The position numbers and the translations under genes were made by a program. This document shows, piece after piece, positions 13,120-28,800 of a DNA stretch of 64,000 bases. The stretch comes from Eledone cirrhosa (Eukaryota): the NCBI GenBank assembly GCA_964016885.1, contig OZ024743.1, positions 160,146,001 to 160,210,000 on the forward strand. Direction: 5' to 3'. Below the pieces are notes generated by a model that was not told the origin of the DNA, did not search any database, and saw nothing but the letters and a program-made list of their open reading frames with translations. How positions within the stretch are numbered: position 1 is the stretch's first letter; each line of letters starts with the position of its first letter.

Positions 13120-13263
13120 AGAACATTTCGCCTATTGTTGACGAAATATATAACAGAAAAACTAATGTGTATGCGTATGAGTGTTCAGGTGATATCGTAG
13201 ACAAATATAAGTTAAACAGAATGGAATGTGTGAACCAAGCTCACAAATGTCTAAACTGCACTT
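13120..13263 (+). CDS. Candidate internal host exon (Cys-rich, phase 1-1)
   Basis: ttttaAG acceptor, 144-nt open frame NISPIVDEIYNRKTNVYAYECSGDIVDKYKLNRMECVNQAHKCLNCT, GTGAGG donor. Confidence 0.35.
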
Positions 13264-13590
13264 GTGAGGTCGGCTTCGATTTCTAGTTAATTGAAGCTGG
13301 TCACATGATAGGATTTGTTGCTGGTTATAAAGCATGTGTGCTATAAAGTTATATAGTTAGTATGTAGATTTATAGGTCCAGCTAATGGCATTTCGTTACT
13401 TGAATTTTCATGTCCTTGCTCATAAACATTCTTCATGCCAGCTGGAATATAGAACAGATCCTCTCTTACAGAGAATATAGGATGACGTATTATTTACATA
13501 CGGATATACGCTTTTTACCCTACGATATTCAAATGTAATGTGCGATGTATAAATAACTACACATGCATGCGCGGTATACAAAAAAAAAAG

Positions 13591-13677
<87 letters not shown>

Positions 13678-14304
13678 GAGAGGGGGGGGGGAGTACATAG
13701 ATAGATAGATAGATAAATAGATAAATATATTCAGACTCGTTCTGGATATATAAACTAACAGGCCCTAGTACGTACGCAAACATATGTAATTAAATGATCT
13801 GAAGGTCGACAAATGCGTATGAAATTACACATAGTGTTTTATTCATGATTTTTTCAGTCTAAAGAACTTTCATCAGTGTACAGACACGACACACACACAT
13901 ATCGCCACCTATAATTTATGCGTTTTCCATTGTGATCTGAGAAGCACTGTTTACTTGCGTGTCTATATAAACATACATTATATATAAGGTTGGCTGACGC
14001 TACAAATATTAATATGCCTTTGTATATCTATTTATATGCCTTCCCTTAATGCATATATGTGTGTATTTATGTGTTTGAACAATTTCATTTTATTTTGTAT
14101 ATTGTTGACGTTGAAACTAAAACTGTCTGCTTATTGTAAACAATGAAAATATAAATGTTCTTTTTTTTTTAGAGCAGAATATAACTATTTTGGTTCTTGG
14201 TCTTGCAGTTCAAATGAAAACATTCCTCATGTTCAGTTACTATAATTTCTATAAGTTTGCTTTACCAAGGAGTTTTATTAACTTATATTTTCCCCGTATG
14301 TTAG

Positions 14305-14397
14305 ATAAACAGTGCTGCTATAATATAAAGTTTACCAACTCTAGCACATCAATGGCACGCCGAGAGTCATGCAAACCTTCGATTTGTGAAGGCATCA
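14305..14397 (+). CDS. Candidate internal host exon (phase 1-1)
   Basis: ttAG, 93 nt KQCCYNIKFTNSSTSMARRESCKPSICEGI, GTAAAT. Confidence 0.35.
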
Positions 14398-14767
14398 GTA
14401 AATGTATATATTAGAATACTTATAAAAATGCGCATGTCTTTGATAATGGTACGATACTTGCCTCTTGTTGTTGCTATATTTATTATTTAAATCATTTATT
14501 TAATAGAATATGAAATAGCCTTCATAGAAGTTCTCTTAGTCCCACGGCTATTTCAATATTTCTTTGATTTTGGAATGTTTACTTTAGAAGTCGCAATAAT
14601 ATTCACTTCAACTAAATAATATTGGAAACGTTCAACACTGCTACTATTTTGAATGACAGACATTATCTAGCACCTAAAACTATCAAGCATGTCCATGGCT
14701 CTAGCTCAAACGATTTTACTTTGAATTTCGCTGACTCCCACATATATATGAATGTATACACACACAA

Positions 14768-14840
<73 letters not shown>

Positions 14841-14843
<3 letters not shown>

Positions 14844-15517
14844 GATATTAAACAAATGGAAACTATATTTATAAAACCATATTTATTTCATTATACATAT
14901 TTCGGGGATACCATATTAAAAATATGGCATGCCTTCTTCAGATAAAATACAATATATAAACAGTTTTATAAATAATTTTGACGTACCATAAATATTGAGC
15001 AACCGTTATGTAGGAAACTGGTTTGGTAGTGAGATGCTTATAAATATTTTGTATCAATTTTGTATGATGAATTATTATTATTCATCTGTTGCCTTCAGCT
15101 GCCTCTCTTTGTTCACCTCCTCACTATTTCTCTCTCCCCTATCTCTCTCTATTTTTCTCTGTTTTTCTTTACATACATTTCTTCTCTTTCTCCGTCTTTC
15201 TTTTTAACTGTGCTTAACACTAAATATTTATAAGCATCTCACTACCAAACCAGCTTCCTACATAACGGTTGCTCAATATTTATGGTACGTCAAAATTATT
15301 TATAAAACTGTTTATATATTGTATTTTATCTGGAGAAGGCATGCCATATTTTTAATATGGTATCCCCGAAATATGTATAATGAAATAAATATGGTTTTAT
15401 AAATATAGTTTCCATTTGTTTAATATCGTATATCTACTCCAAAACTTGTCGAGTGCTTTATATCAGTTACAAAATATTTACTTGTTGTAACTCAACAATT
15501 TTATATAAAACTTTTGC
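14841..15517. mobile_element. PLE-terminus fold-back (~210-bp arms) with an HHR in each arm
   Basis: 14841-15049 mirrors 15222-15430. HHR CTGAAGA..GAAATATGTA on minus 14891-14945; mutated CTGGAGA copy on plus 15326-15380. Confidence 0.85.
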
Positions 15518-15578
<61 letters not shown>

Positions 15579-15865
15579 CTTATATATGTATATGAGTGCA
15601 CTAGTACTGCGGATATAACCCACCAATGTTAAACCACTATATATATTTTTTTTCTCCAATCGAGACGAAGCGGGAGTGTATTTCAATGTCTGGGCCACAA
15701 GCAGATGAATACGATCAAATATATTTATTCTGCCTGTCGCCCGCCTTGTGGATGGATTTCTCTCTGTTGACCATTGGCCGCTGGTCTCTGTCCTGTGAGG
15801 ACATTTGACCGATGACTGTCTTTAAAAGTATTTAACTGGTTCACGGCTGTTCTAGCGCTCAGTTA

Positions 15866-15950
<85 letters not shown>

Positions 15951-15954
15951 ATGT

Positions 15955-16183
<229 letters not shown>

Positions 16184-16206
16184 CACATATATATACACAT
16201 GCATAT

Positions 16207-17390
<1,184 letters not shown>

Positions 17391-17410
17391 TATATATATT
17401 TATATATATA

Positions 17411-17515
<105 letters not shown>

Positions 17516-17571
17516 GGTAAAACTATCAAAGCAACAGTAACTGATTTACAAATTCAGCTTAGTAGACTCGT

Positions 17572-17666
17572 GACATGTCTGAGGACCTTTTGATTTCAGA
17601 GGCAGGTTCGATCATTACATCGATCGTGCCTCGAGCCGGACTCCAGAGAAACGATTCTAATATGTC
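17572..17666 (+). ncRNA. Hammerhead-like motif with extended stem II, between (TA)n tracts
   Basis: gacatgt-CTGAGGA..gaggca..cgatc..gatcgtgcctc..GAAAcgattcTA-atatgtc. Confidence 0.6.
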
Positions 17667-18238
17667 CAATAAATTTTATTCGTCGCAACGCTGATTCTCC
17701 GTTTCTTATGTGATATATATATATATATATATATATACATAATTCAACCCTTAATTCTTTATAGTACAAATATCCCTTTTAGGATAAACATAGTTTACAA
17801 GAAAGCCTCACCCCTGACATACGTTAGCCTACTTTCCTTATATTTTTCTTCATTTGTCTTTTTATTTTATTTTATTCCTCTTCGACAAAACAGTGATCAA
17901 CAGAGAACCCCCCACCTAAGTACAGCACCGCACTCTTTCATCTTCCATCACGTATAGCCCATAACCACGTCCACACTCACACCCAGCACCTTCGCCTCAC
18001 CACATACACGTCACAATGTTCATGAAACAGCCAAAACACCACACGGCCGCAACTCACACCAACCATCGCCCCGCACCACCACCTCTTCATTATGATGCTT
18101 CCCGCCACCTATCACGCACACCAAAACATTCCTTATAGCAAAACCATCAATCAAAACAACAGTAACTGACCACTATAAAAGAATGTGAATCGTTATGGAC
18201 ATATCTAAGTTCTACAGGTTCATTCTGTCATTACAACA

Positions 18239-18372
18239 GAGGTCCGACGAGCTTTTGATTCCAGAGTCGGGTTAGATCGATAGAGACCAAACCTTGAGCT
18301 GATCAATAGCGAAAGACTAATCAATAAACGTAATGAAAATATAACAAATCGTCCTTTTGTTATCATTATTAT
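18239..18372 (+). mobile_element. PLE-type terminus with degenerate CCGACGA hammerhead (family of the 62.15-62.43 kb fold-back)
   Basis: GGTCCGACGAGCTTTTGATTCCAGAGT..CCTTGAGCTGATCAATAGCGAAA is shared with 62297-62370. Confidence 0.7.
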
Positions 18373-18439
18373 ATGTATGATGGCATAATGAACTTCAACT
18401 AAGTTTAATTCCTACCACTGGATTCCAATTAATCTTTAG

Positions 18440-18517
18440 GCTCAGTTTTTGCATGTGCACGCCGCATGCGAAACAGTCCTTCAAATAACTGTAAAACAAT
18501 GATGGCTGGCCTTGTTT
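18440..18517 (+). CDS. Candidate internal host exon (phase 1-1)
   Basis: tctttAG, 78 nt SVFACARRMRNSPSNNCKTMMAGLV, GTAAGC. Confidence 0.4.
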
Positions 18518-18779
18518 GTAAGCGATTTTGCTCTTTACAGAGGGAATAAATTTATAACTTATTTAATGTTTGAGATATTCTTGTTCAAGGAAATAAGTCA
18601 TTATATTTGTTTATTTTGTCGAGCGTATTGTTCTTATTTAGTAAGGTATGTTTGCCTATTGTATTATACGTAAGTCTGTATGAACTTTGTGTGGGGATAT
18701 TTTCGTTGGTAGTAGGTTTGTGATATTACTGCTCCATACTGAGTGTTGGTGTGTCTTAACAAGTGAAAATATTTGATTA

Positions 18780-20515
18780 CCTTGTTTTTATTGTTCAAAG
18801 ATTTGGTGGAGGTATTAAAATCCTAAAGTATTCTGTATTTTTCCCAAGGCAAAGTGACTAGTAAGTACAAAGTACTACAGTGGATTCAGTAATATCATGG
18901 TTTTAAAATATCCCCGATAAAAGTAAATCTATGTTCAGACAATTTGACATCCCAGACTTTTTGCCTTCTATTACTCGTTTATTATTGGATAGAGCTTTAG
19001 ACTTAGCCCACGACTTGGGCCAGATCATTGACTAAGAAATAGATGCAATGATGCACGCCTGAAAAAAAACATTACTATTTATTAACCACTCTATCTGTGT
19101 TAAAACATCAAACCCAAATGACCCATTCGCTGTCCTTGAACGTTTGTAAGACAGCGTAGATTTTTGTGATTTAGTTGGATTATTTATCATTCATGCACTC
19201 AAGGAGAAGATCGCCGACAAGACCATTGGCCTCTTTCACGACTATGGCTAGACAGTCCTCCACAACAACAATCGCCATTCCTTAGATAACTTCCGTAAGG
19301 ACCCAATACAGACCTTTAACGATATAGGGCAAAAGATAACTGAAGATACTGACTTAACAAATGTGAGTTTTTTTATGTTAATTTAGATATAGCCAGAAGT
19401 ACCCATAAACCCTGCCATAATACTATTGAAAAATTAAGTTATATTAACCAAGGGACTTGCCACCCACCTGCAGGATTTAAAAAGCTTGTCCATGACATTA
19501 CTTATAGGATCTCAAATGTATCCTCCTCCAAAAATATAGTCGATAAGGCCACCCTATGCTATACTAAATCACTTAGTGAGTGTGGATTCAAGGATAGGAT
19601 TACATATATATCTATGATTAGTAACCCCTGTACTCCCCTAAGAGTGATGTCTAAAGTAGGTAGAACATTCTTACAAGCACTTCCCACCTTAGCATAGATA
19701 TTATAATATATTTAACATGCAGTTAGGGAAAGTTAGCTACTTCTGTGACCCTTCGATGAAGTCATAAATAACTGCAAAAAGAACACACGATGAGAGCAGA
19801 GGAGGCTCCTGTAGGAAACATGAGGAATATCCCCTACAATATGCATCACCAAATCAGTGGACTATAAAGTCATAATAAAACCAAGTGTAAACAATCAGCC
19901 TGTATGACACAAGCCCACTTTAAACAGCGGTACTATTCAGATATCTCACCATTTGGACAGCAACATATGAGAAGAACAACGGCACTGCCAACACAAGGCT
20001 TACAGACAAGAATATGCCATACAAAACAGAATGGAGTATCTTTGAGTTGTCCAAGTCCTGACTAAATGAACTGGAAGGTGCTCACTTTGCATTAGTGAGA
20101 AATACAGAAAAAATGCAGGATTTGAGGTCTTCCAGTAATATCACAAACTTATAACCACCTTAAATAACACCATACCAAGACAGGTATAATTGCATATGCA
20201 CATGGATATAATAAGATTTGCAAACAAACATTAATATAATATATATAAGCTGAACAAAATAAACACAAACTTAACAAGTGTTATTCCCTACGAACGAGAA
20301 AAATACAAAAATTTACATAAGTTATAGAATCGTCCCCTTGCAAAGATCAAGATCTCATACAAATAACTTCAGACATTTTTGTTTTATAGTTGCCTGGACG
20401 AAGGTTTCGCATATGCTGTGCACACGCACAAACTAAACCAAATGCTGGATTGGAAATATATGGTAGCGATATATTCCAGCTTTGTATTACATAACGCAGT
20501 ACACTCTGTTTCCTT
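18780..20515 (+). mobile_element. Heavily decayed PLE
   Basis: QFDIPDFLPSITRLLLDRAL, FCDLVGLFIIH, RISNVSSS; degenerate HHR at 20385-20473. Confidence 0.75.
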
Positions 20516-20524
20516 ATATATATA

Positions 20525-22290
20525 TACAAGGATATTAAATAAATGGAAACTATATTTATAAAACCATATTTATTCTATTATATATATTTCAACGGAACCA
20601 AAACTTTGGTATGCTCTCATCATAAAATACAAAGTTTGTTTTATAAATGTTAACATAACCAAGAAAAGATACCTTAACGGTTCAAGTTTTTCTTGGATAG
20701 TGAAGAAAAAGAGAAATCGGATATTTAAAATTATTAAGATGAGTATGCAAATGAGGTTTAGGTATAGGGCTGAAAACACGTTATTTTTAGACGATATGCA
20801 AAATATAAATAATTAGGATTTATGTATGAATAAGTAGGAAGAAGTAAAAAAAGAAAGAAGAGCTTGTATTTACGTTAATTTAAAAGGAATTAACAATTTG
20901 CGGGAATGGTGGATTATGATTCCAGAATTTAAATTTATTTAGCTATATTATGTATAATATTGTATATATGATCAATTAGATTATATGGAGAATTATGGTT
21001 GTAAGTAGATTTTATCTTATTACATTACAATAGGTTGTAAGTATATAAATATCTATATAGATTAATAATTGTGCATGTATAAGTATTATAGAAATAGAAA
21101 TAATTTAGAATTATTAGTTGTTTACATTTCTAATATGAGTTACGAAGGATATTGATTCTGCATTTTACAGAAAAAATACGTAGTTCAAGTTGTAAGAGGA
21201 GAACAATTTGTAGATTCAAATATTTTGTTCCAACATTGAAAATGTTTTCAGAATATTGTTAATTTAGCGAAGTTATATAGTTTATCACTCCAATTTTGTT
21301 TGCTAACCGTTAAATGTGATGATTGATTTACTCAGAAAATATATAGAGAAAATTATATATTGTTTTGTGTGAGATTAATTTTAATTATATATTATTTTAG
21401 TTGAAAAATGTGTGAAAGTTTGAAGATCAAAGAAGAAGAAAAAAGTAATGTGCATTTCGAAGAACTATCGTAGAGAGGATAAACTTTCAGAATGTCAATT
21501 ATCAATCTACATCTAAAAATATATATATTTAGAGGGGTATCATAAAGAAAATAATGTCAAATGGTAAAAATAGTAAAAATATTACAAACATATTACAAAA
21601 ATATTACAAAATTGAAAAGGAAGATCATCTAAAAAAATTAAAATTAAACATTTTTTAAGAAAGTACTCAGTAAATAATAGGATCATTTTAAAGGTGTATA
21701 AGATATAGTCAAGTTTAATGAATATCATAAATTAAAATTACTTCTGAAAGTGGAATTTTGTTGAAATAGAAAATTTTGGTGAACTAGAAAATAATTCTGT
21801 TTTAAGATTAATAGAGTTTTGACAGTTAATTATATAAAAAATGTCCTCGATACACAAGTTACAGAATCTTGAGAAAGCCATATTTCGGTAAGCGGGTGCT
21901 TTCGAAATCGTTCCGCAAGATATTGAATAGTCTATATTGTTGTTTTTTAAATTCCAAATAAAATGTGAAAATGAAGTGGAAGATTTTTTATCGGATCTCT
22001 TAATGTGTGTTTATGGTTATACCAGAGTTCTTTGAATTTTGTAGAAGTGGCACCAATATAGTTAAATATTTTGTCTCTAGTTTTAACTGTGCATTTATAA
22101 ATTACGTTTTTGTCTAAGCAATTATTTTGTAAAGGGCAGTTTGACTTAATCCTACAGTTACATTTTCTGGAGTTGTTGTTATTCGGAACGGTACTATTAT
22201 TATGAATATTATTATGAATATTATTAGAAATATTATCTCTTCTCATAAATTCTATTTTTTCCTCTTTATCATTTCTTCGAGTCAAATCAC
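20525..22290 (-). mobile_element. 5'-truncated PLE: GIY-YIG plus long 3' UTR
   Basis: ORF 21947-22285 KCNCRIKSNCPLQNNCLDKNVIYKC..YIGATSTKFK; terminus resembles the 14841 family with a degenerate HHR. Confidence 0.85.
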
Positions 22291-22462
22291 ATCGAGCCGC
22301 TGATTTCTATCCTTCGCGGTAATGTTTAATCCAACGCTGCTTCGTTGGCATTTTGCTGTTTTAACAACTTTCAAACGCCGAGTTTTTTTCATTTCCCTAC
22401 GAATTCTTATACACTTGCGTTTCAAAACTCGATATTCGAGTTGATTTTGTTTATATATATAT

Positions 22463-22494
<32 letters not shown>

Positions 22495-22683
22495 GAAAAT
22501 GTATGACTCCGACGGCAGAGCTCAAGCCGTTTCGACGGCTATTTCAGTCCAGAACTAGCCGTCTAAACGGCTTGAGCTCTGCCGTCGAGGTCATACATTT
22601 TCCTATTACCCACTTGACTACCCTAAGTATTGAGTACTCTGGTGCATTATGGTCCATCTGGTTCCTTACCACAACTCCTTCGT
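22495..22683. mobile_element. Short near-perfect fold-back in (TA)n
   Basis: GAAAATGTATGAC..CGACGGCAGAGCTCAAGCCGTTT mirrored at 22556-22602, plus an ~80-nt tail. Confidence 0.8.
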
Positions 22684-22734
<51 letters not shown>

Positions 22735-22740
<6 letters not shown>

Positions 22741-23039
22741 ATACTTGGGGAGGGTCATATTTGCGTAATATTGCCAGAATTAATAACAGAACACACACAC
22801 TGTTTGGTTGGTTTTCGCTTCTCGCTGTCTTTTATATCTGCGATCTAACTTACTCGGTCCTCAATGTTGCCATTGACTGACCGACGGTCAAAAATAAAAC
22901 AGATACAATATAGATACAAACACATATATATAGTTTACATATATAAATATATAACAATATATAACAATATATAACAATATATAACAAGTATAACAATATA
23001 TGTTTCGACACACGATTTCATATAAAAAACCTCGCTAAA

Positions 23040-23115
<76 letters not shown>

Positions 23116-23750
23116 TTGCAAGGTTTTTGATATGAAATCGTGTGTCGAAACAAATATTGTTATACTTGGCCTGAAATCCGATGAGCGTATTTTAATGTTT
23201 GTGATCTAACTTAGAAGGCCAAAGCTAAACAGAAAAAAATGAATGGAATAACAACAACACGCAAACAAACAATATTGACTTAAGAAAAATGTAAATAAAT
23301 AAATATATACACAAGCACAATAACAACAAACACATATAAGCACACACTAGTAAACTAAGATAGAATACAATAACCAAAACACAGTCATCCAAACGCGAAC
23401 ACACACCAAACACTATACACACTTGCAAACGCATGCGCAGAGAAGAAGACAAAATAAATAAATAAATAAATAAACAGATAAAATAAAGATGGCGTAGATA
23501 TACAATACAACAGGAGGAACATAATAGCACCACTGACGAAGTTGCAGGTGTGCAACGTAAGAACTTTGTTAGACTATATATATGTGTTTATATGTATATT
23601 ATATCTGTATTTTTGACCATTGGTCGGTCAATGGTAAACATTGAGGACCGAATGAATTAACTGATATAAAAGATACAAAAACGAAAAGCAACCAAACAGT
23701 GAGTGTGTTCTGTTATTAATTCTGGCAATATTATTACAACGATATAACCC
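22735..23750. mobile_element. Cluster of inverted fragments of a non-coding PLE-terminus family (also at 30710-31400 and 43425-43815)
   Basis: Shared blocks AATATTGCCAGAATTAATAACAGAACAC and GAAATCGTGTGTCG; HHR-like CACTGACGA-n-GTTGCA..TGCAAC. Confidence 0.8.
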
Positions 23751-23894
23751 TGTATACACACACCCTCTCTATTGTTTGTATTACGTTATCTCATGTTCTC
23801 AATATTAAGGTATAAATATTGAGTTTTGTCAGAAGTTAATCACTACCTTGATTGAATCTTAACCATCTACTATGTCAGGGTATGTCATGTATCA

Positions 23895-23962
23895 TTTTAT
23901 TTTATCTGATGAGGACGTACTGTTGAACTTAACTCAGTACCTCTGAAATATGTATAATAAAA
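23895..23962 (+). ncRNA. Type-I hammerhead ribozyme
   Basis: tttat-CTGATGA-ggacgtactg..cagtacctct-GAA-ATATGT-A-taataaaa. Confidence 0.75.
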
Positions 23963-24114
23963 TATAATTGATCACAAGAATATCTACTTTGTTAATATTT
24001 TGAATATATATATATTCAATTGAAATACGTATAACAAATAAAACCGTGTCTATTATTTATTATATATAGTAATGCACTGGGTAAATGCTGGCCTTGTGCC
24101 TAAAGTAGAAACAA

Positions 24115-25036
24115 TCTATATATATAAAACTGTGGTTGTCTGTCTGTCTATCGATTTTTGGCACACATCTCCTCTTAGAATCTCTCACGGAATTGCACCG
24201 AAATTGCTATACTTGTACATTGAGCCCTAGCGAAGACATCGGAAAAAAGAAATTTCAAATTGACCCACCCTATGTGACGAAATCGAATATAATGTATCGA
24301 TTTTTGAGCGTAAGTTATCAGTTATTTCCCTTTGTTCTGTTTACATTGAGCGTCTTACGTAAAAAATTACGCTGGCTTTCTCAGCGTTTAAAATGACATT
24401 AACACAATACGTTCGAACACTAAGCTTCCGTTTTGCTTCATTTCCATTTAAAAGCATTTTAAAACAATATTTTTACTTGAAAACAAGTCTATTTAAAGAC
24501 TACGTAAAACAAGCAAATATTTCGTCGTTAGGCGTGCAGACAGACAGTCGTGCAGAGAGGTGATATACGCGTGCAGACAGTCAGTCGTGCAGAGAGGTGA
24601 TATAGGCGTGCAGACAGACAGTCGTGCAGAGAGGTGATATAGGCGTGCAGACAGACAGTCGTGCAGAGAGGTGATATAGGCGTGCAGACAGAGAGTCGTG
24701 CAGAGAGGTGATATAGGCGTGCAGACAGACATAACTGATAATTTGGTTACGCTAATGTTTTTCTCTGCGTTGCAGTGTTTACATTTTCGATCTTTGTTAA
24801 TAAATAACCAGTGCAGTTTCTATCCCCAGCATCCTCTTTTGTTTTAACATTCGGGTTATCGTTATGTTTTCTTAACTTCATAAGGCATATTGTTGGTTGA
24901 GGGAATATTAATCAAAAACACCACATGCAAGTCTGCACAGTAGACACTACAGTTTTTAAGCCAAGAAAGAAACTTAACATTGTAACTTTAACACAGCTAC
25001 TGAGCGACCCCGAGCAACGCCGGGCTTTACTGCTAG
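24115..25036 (+). mobile_element. Non-autonomous Helitron
   Basis: 5' TCTATATATATAAAA, (CTGT)n, 3' hairpin CCCGAGCAACGCCGGG then CTAG; inserted at A|T with no TSD. Confidence 0.9.
24530..24730. repeat. 37-bp tandem repeat (~5.4 copies) inside the Helitron
   Basis: Unit AGGCGTGCAGACAGACAGTCGTGCAGAGAGGTGATAT. Confidence 0.95.
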
Positions 25037-25542
25037 TTATATATATATATATATAATTTATAATAATTATAATAATTCAATATAATCATTAAATAACATT
25101 TTCACTGGATACGCAATAATTTATTCAATTATTGGTGCATGCACTAAACAGCATGTACTGGTCACCTTGAAACGTACATTAAGGTACTCTTTTTGAAAGC
25201 AATATGAGTTATTTAGTCATCTCTCTGATGTTTGAGTGAATACATTCGGTGAAATGTAAACAAATGATTTGTTACATATCACAGAGATTTTAAAACAATT
25301 TATATTCGTATGAAGTATATACTTTAAATTATCGAACATAGTTGTTTAAGGAATCAATCTCTAAATATATTCATACATTTCTGTGAATGTGGAAATGATC
25401 ACTGTGAGGGCACGTGTGCATATAAGTGCACGTGTGAGCGTTTATATGTGTGTGCATCGATATTTTACTACTAAATTTTGAAACTTCGCATATATAATTG
25501 TCAAAGAATTGTGAAGATGCAGTGGCAACAGCAGCAGCAGCG

Positions 25543-25619
<77 letters not shown>
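25543..25619. repeat. (GTA)n microsatellite
   Basis: Perfect run of about 25 units. Confidence 0.95.
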
Positions 25620-26410
25620 TGTTGTTTTAGTGTAGTATTAGTGGAGTAGTTGCTGTTGTTGTTCTGTAGAACTTCATGGGGTTGTTAAAATATATGTGTC
25701 TCTCTAATTCTTTAAGATCGCATGGAGGACACATTTTTCATCACTCTTTCTAAAGAATTAGAGACTCATACAACACTTCTTGCACCGCATACAATTCTCT
25801 GGCTACAATTAAAGGGACAGGATCAGGGTGTAGAAAGGAGCCAGCGATAAATGGATGAATATTATAGAATATGATACGAATGGGCTTGCTCTATATAGGA
25901 GCAAATTTTGGAATAGGTTAGAGAGAACTAAGAACAAGATAAATAAGATCAACTCTGGGGTTAGCATTGACGAATATTGCATCTGTTGATGACATACTAT
26001 GGTATGGCAAATGTAATGTTCGTGAATGCTATCTCCAGGGGCGACATGCATTGAGAGGGGCTCTGGACAAATTAAAATTAAATATTAAGATAGTAAGATT
26101 TCAAGGTATTCCCATAACAGCCCTGATGAGCAGAAGTAACCTATTAAGAAACTCTTTGCACTGAGAGAAACTGCATAGTGTACAGATTAAGACTACATGT
26201 TAACAGTAAATCTAAAATTGTAGTTTATAGCATACGATGCATTTAGGGACGGTCTAAGGAGAGGAACACGACATACATAGGTGAGATGGCACGTAGCGTA
26301 GGAGAAAGAAGAACACAGGTCGGAACTCAAGTAGAGAAACTCATCAGTAATCCACCAACATGCCAGAATGGAACACGGGGAGTGGGTGGCGGGGTCTCAC
26401 TAGAGATCAG

Positions 26411-26743
26411 CTAAATAAAAGTTATTTCTACACAGAACAGACCTAATGCCCGACAGATTACAAAAGCGACAGACATAACCGAACATCGACAAAAACTAAA
26501 TAGAAAGCGCAAATTTAATAGTAACAACCTCACGACGTAATGACTAAGGACAATATAAAGACATATAAAGACGCACAAGAAAAAAAGAAAAAAAGATAAA
26601 CAGACCCCACGCACACATAGATGCACACAGATTGAACAATTGAAAATCTAGTGATATATAGGAAAGTGAGTATAGAGAGGAAATAAATAACTAAATATAT
26701 AAATAAGTAAACAAATAATAAAAGACACACACTACACACACAG

Positions 26744-26787
<44 letters not shown>

Positions 26788-28600
26788 TTATATATATATA
26801 TATATATCTAACGCGTGTGCATCCCAAGTACTCAGCTCACAAATTCCAGATGGTATAAAATAGAACAAAGGCGAGACACAATTAACAACAAAGCAGTCCC
26901 TGAGGAGGTCACATAATGTGTGACGAAAGAGCTTTGACGATTAACAACTAAACAACCATCCGATTATTAAATCCATTCGTTGAAGACTAGTTAAGATTAT
27001 TAGGAAGAAATCCAACGTGTCCCAGTGGGAGAACAATGACTATGTTATTAAGTGGTTCAATTCCTTCAACACGAAAAAGGCCAAAACGCCAGTGTGGACT
27101 TATACCCCTCGATCTTAGTGACAATGTTGGCTAAAGATTTGGAATTCGCCACTACATATACCACCTTCCATGACTTGGATAGACAGATCATTACATACTG
27201 CACAAAAACCCTCCTCTTCAGTAATGGCGAAGCATGGACAAAAAAGTCAACTACCTCAATGTCTCAATGGGATCATTCGAGTGTGCTGATGTATGCGATT
27301 TGGTTGAACTATACATATTAGATAAGTTGCGAGTCAGAGGCTCGACCTTGACCGTTTAGGAAAGACCTAATTGCTACGTTCAATGAGTTAAGACTTACGA
27401 TCACTGTAGCCACAAACCTGACCTGTGTAGATTATCTAAAAATCAATAAAGACATTCGCACTTACGTCGTGATATCAATATAGATATTCGCGCGCACACG
27501 TTCAGATCTTTCAGAAAATTCATCAAAAGTTAACCTATATACACACAGGCTCATGTTACCCACCTAGGGTCTTCAAAAATGTCGTTAAAATTATCAGTAC
27601 TCGGACTTCTAATCTTTCTTCTAATATGGTCATCTTTGACAGAGTGGCACGTTACTACAACATTGCGTCGATCAACAGCGGCTTCTCTGATAAAATTTCT
27701 TATTCCCCTCCTAATCTCACTACCAGTAGAAATAGTAGAAATAAAAAAAATAATTTAGTTCTACCTAACCTTCTCACTCAGGGTTATAACCAATGTAGTA
27801 GAATAATTCTTATCAGACATAGACAAACACTTCTGCACAGGGCATAAATACAGGCCTATCTTCAATAGACACAAGGTGAAACTCGGTTATTCATCTGCTA
27901 AACTTATGAAAGCCCACATCACTACCAAGACCAAGAGCTCATCCCTACTCGGATGCTCATGCAGATGGCCAAACACGTGCCCCCTTCAACAAGAGTGTAA
28001 TATACCCGCAATAATCTATAAGGCTGAAGTTACATCTACTCGACCAAACCAACAACAGGAGGTCAATCATATGAAGGTATGGTCGAGGGTCGGTTTAAAG
28101 AACATTTCCTTAACCATTAGACGACCTTCAGACACTCGGTTAAGTGATTGTCCATGGAGCTAGCAAGCGACATATGGTCATGCAAAGATGCAGATGTTGA
28201 TTACTCCCTTCAATAGAAAGAACTGACCAAATCTAGTCTATATGGATATGGGAATATGTCCCGTGGGATGTGTATCGATGAACGATTGAATATCTTGCAA
28301 AGCTTAGGTAATAATACTTGTTTCAACACAAGTTCCGATTTTTTTTATCGCTGCTCTCACGCTGCAAAATACATGTTACGCAACTACAAAGACCAAGGAT
28401 AAATCATACCTGGAATGAACTAACTACAGCGTAAATTGTCTCCGTTTCACCAGTCTAACTTGAGTTTTTGCCCTTGTCGACGCCCATATGCAGAATACAG
28501 CCAGCTTATATAGGTATCCGTTGTCAGTGAAACGCGCGCACTTGTGCGCACTCAAGTATAGTTTGCTAATTTGTTGTGGAACTAATTCTCTCTCTATATA
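26411..28600 (+). mobile_element. Decayed PLE with an upstream HHR-like terminus
   Basis: CTGAGGA-g-gtcaca..tgtgac-GAAA at 26900; then PSDY.IHS, DLYPSI, KTLLFSNGEAWTKK, CSCRWPNTCPLQQEC..IIYKAEVT. Confidence 0.85.
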
Positions 28601-28668
28601 TATACATTTATATATATATTTATATATATACATACACACACACACATACGCACACAGACACACACTCA

Positions 28669-28800
<132 letters not shown>

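Noticed and set aside
24530-24730. 37-bp repeats resembling a CRISPR array
   Set aside because: No unique spacers, no cas genes, eukaryotic context; a minisatellite inside a Helitron.
25692-25770. Small inverted repeat TCTCTAATTCTTTA/TAAAGAATTAGAGA
   Set aside because: Real but single-copy here, with no ribozyme or TSD to assign a function.
28458-28557. ACTTGAGT/ACTCAAGT stem with GAAACGCGC
   Set aside because: HHR-like position at a PLE 3' end, but no CUGANGA core or NUH.
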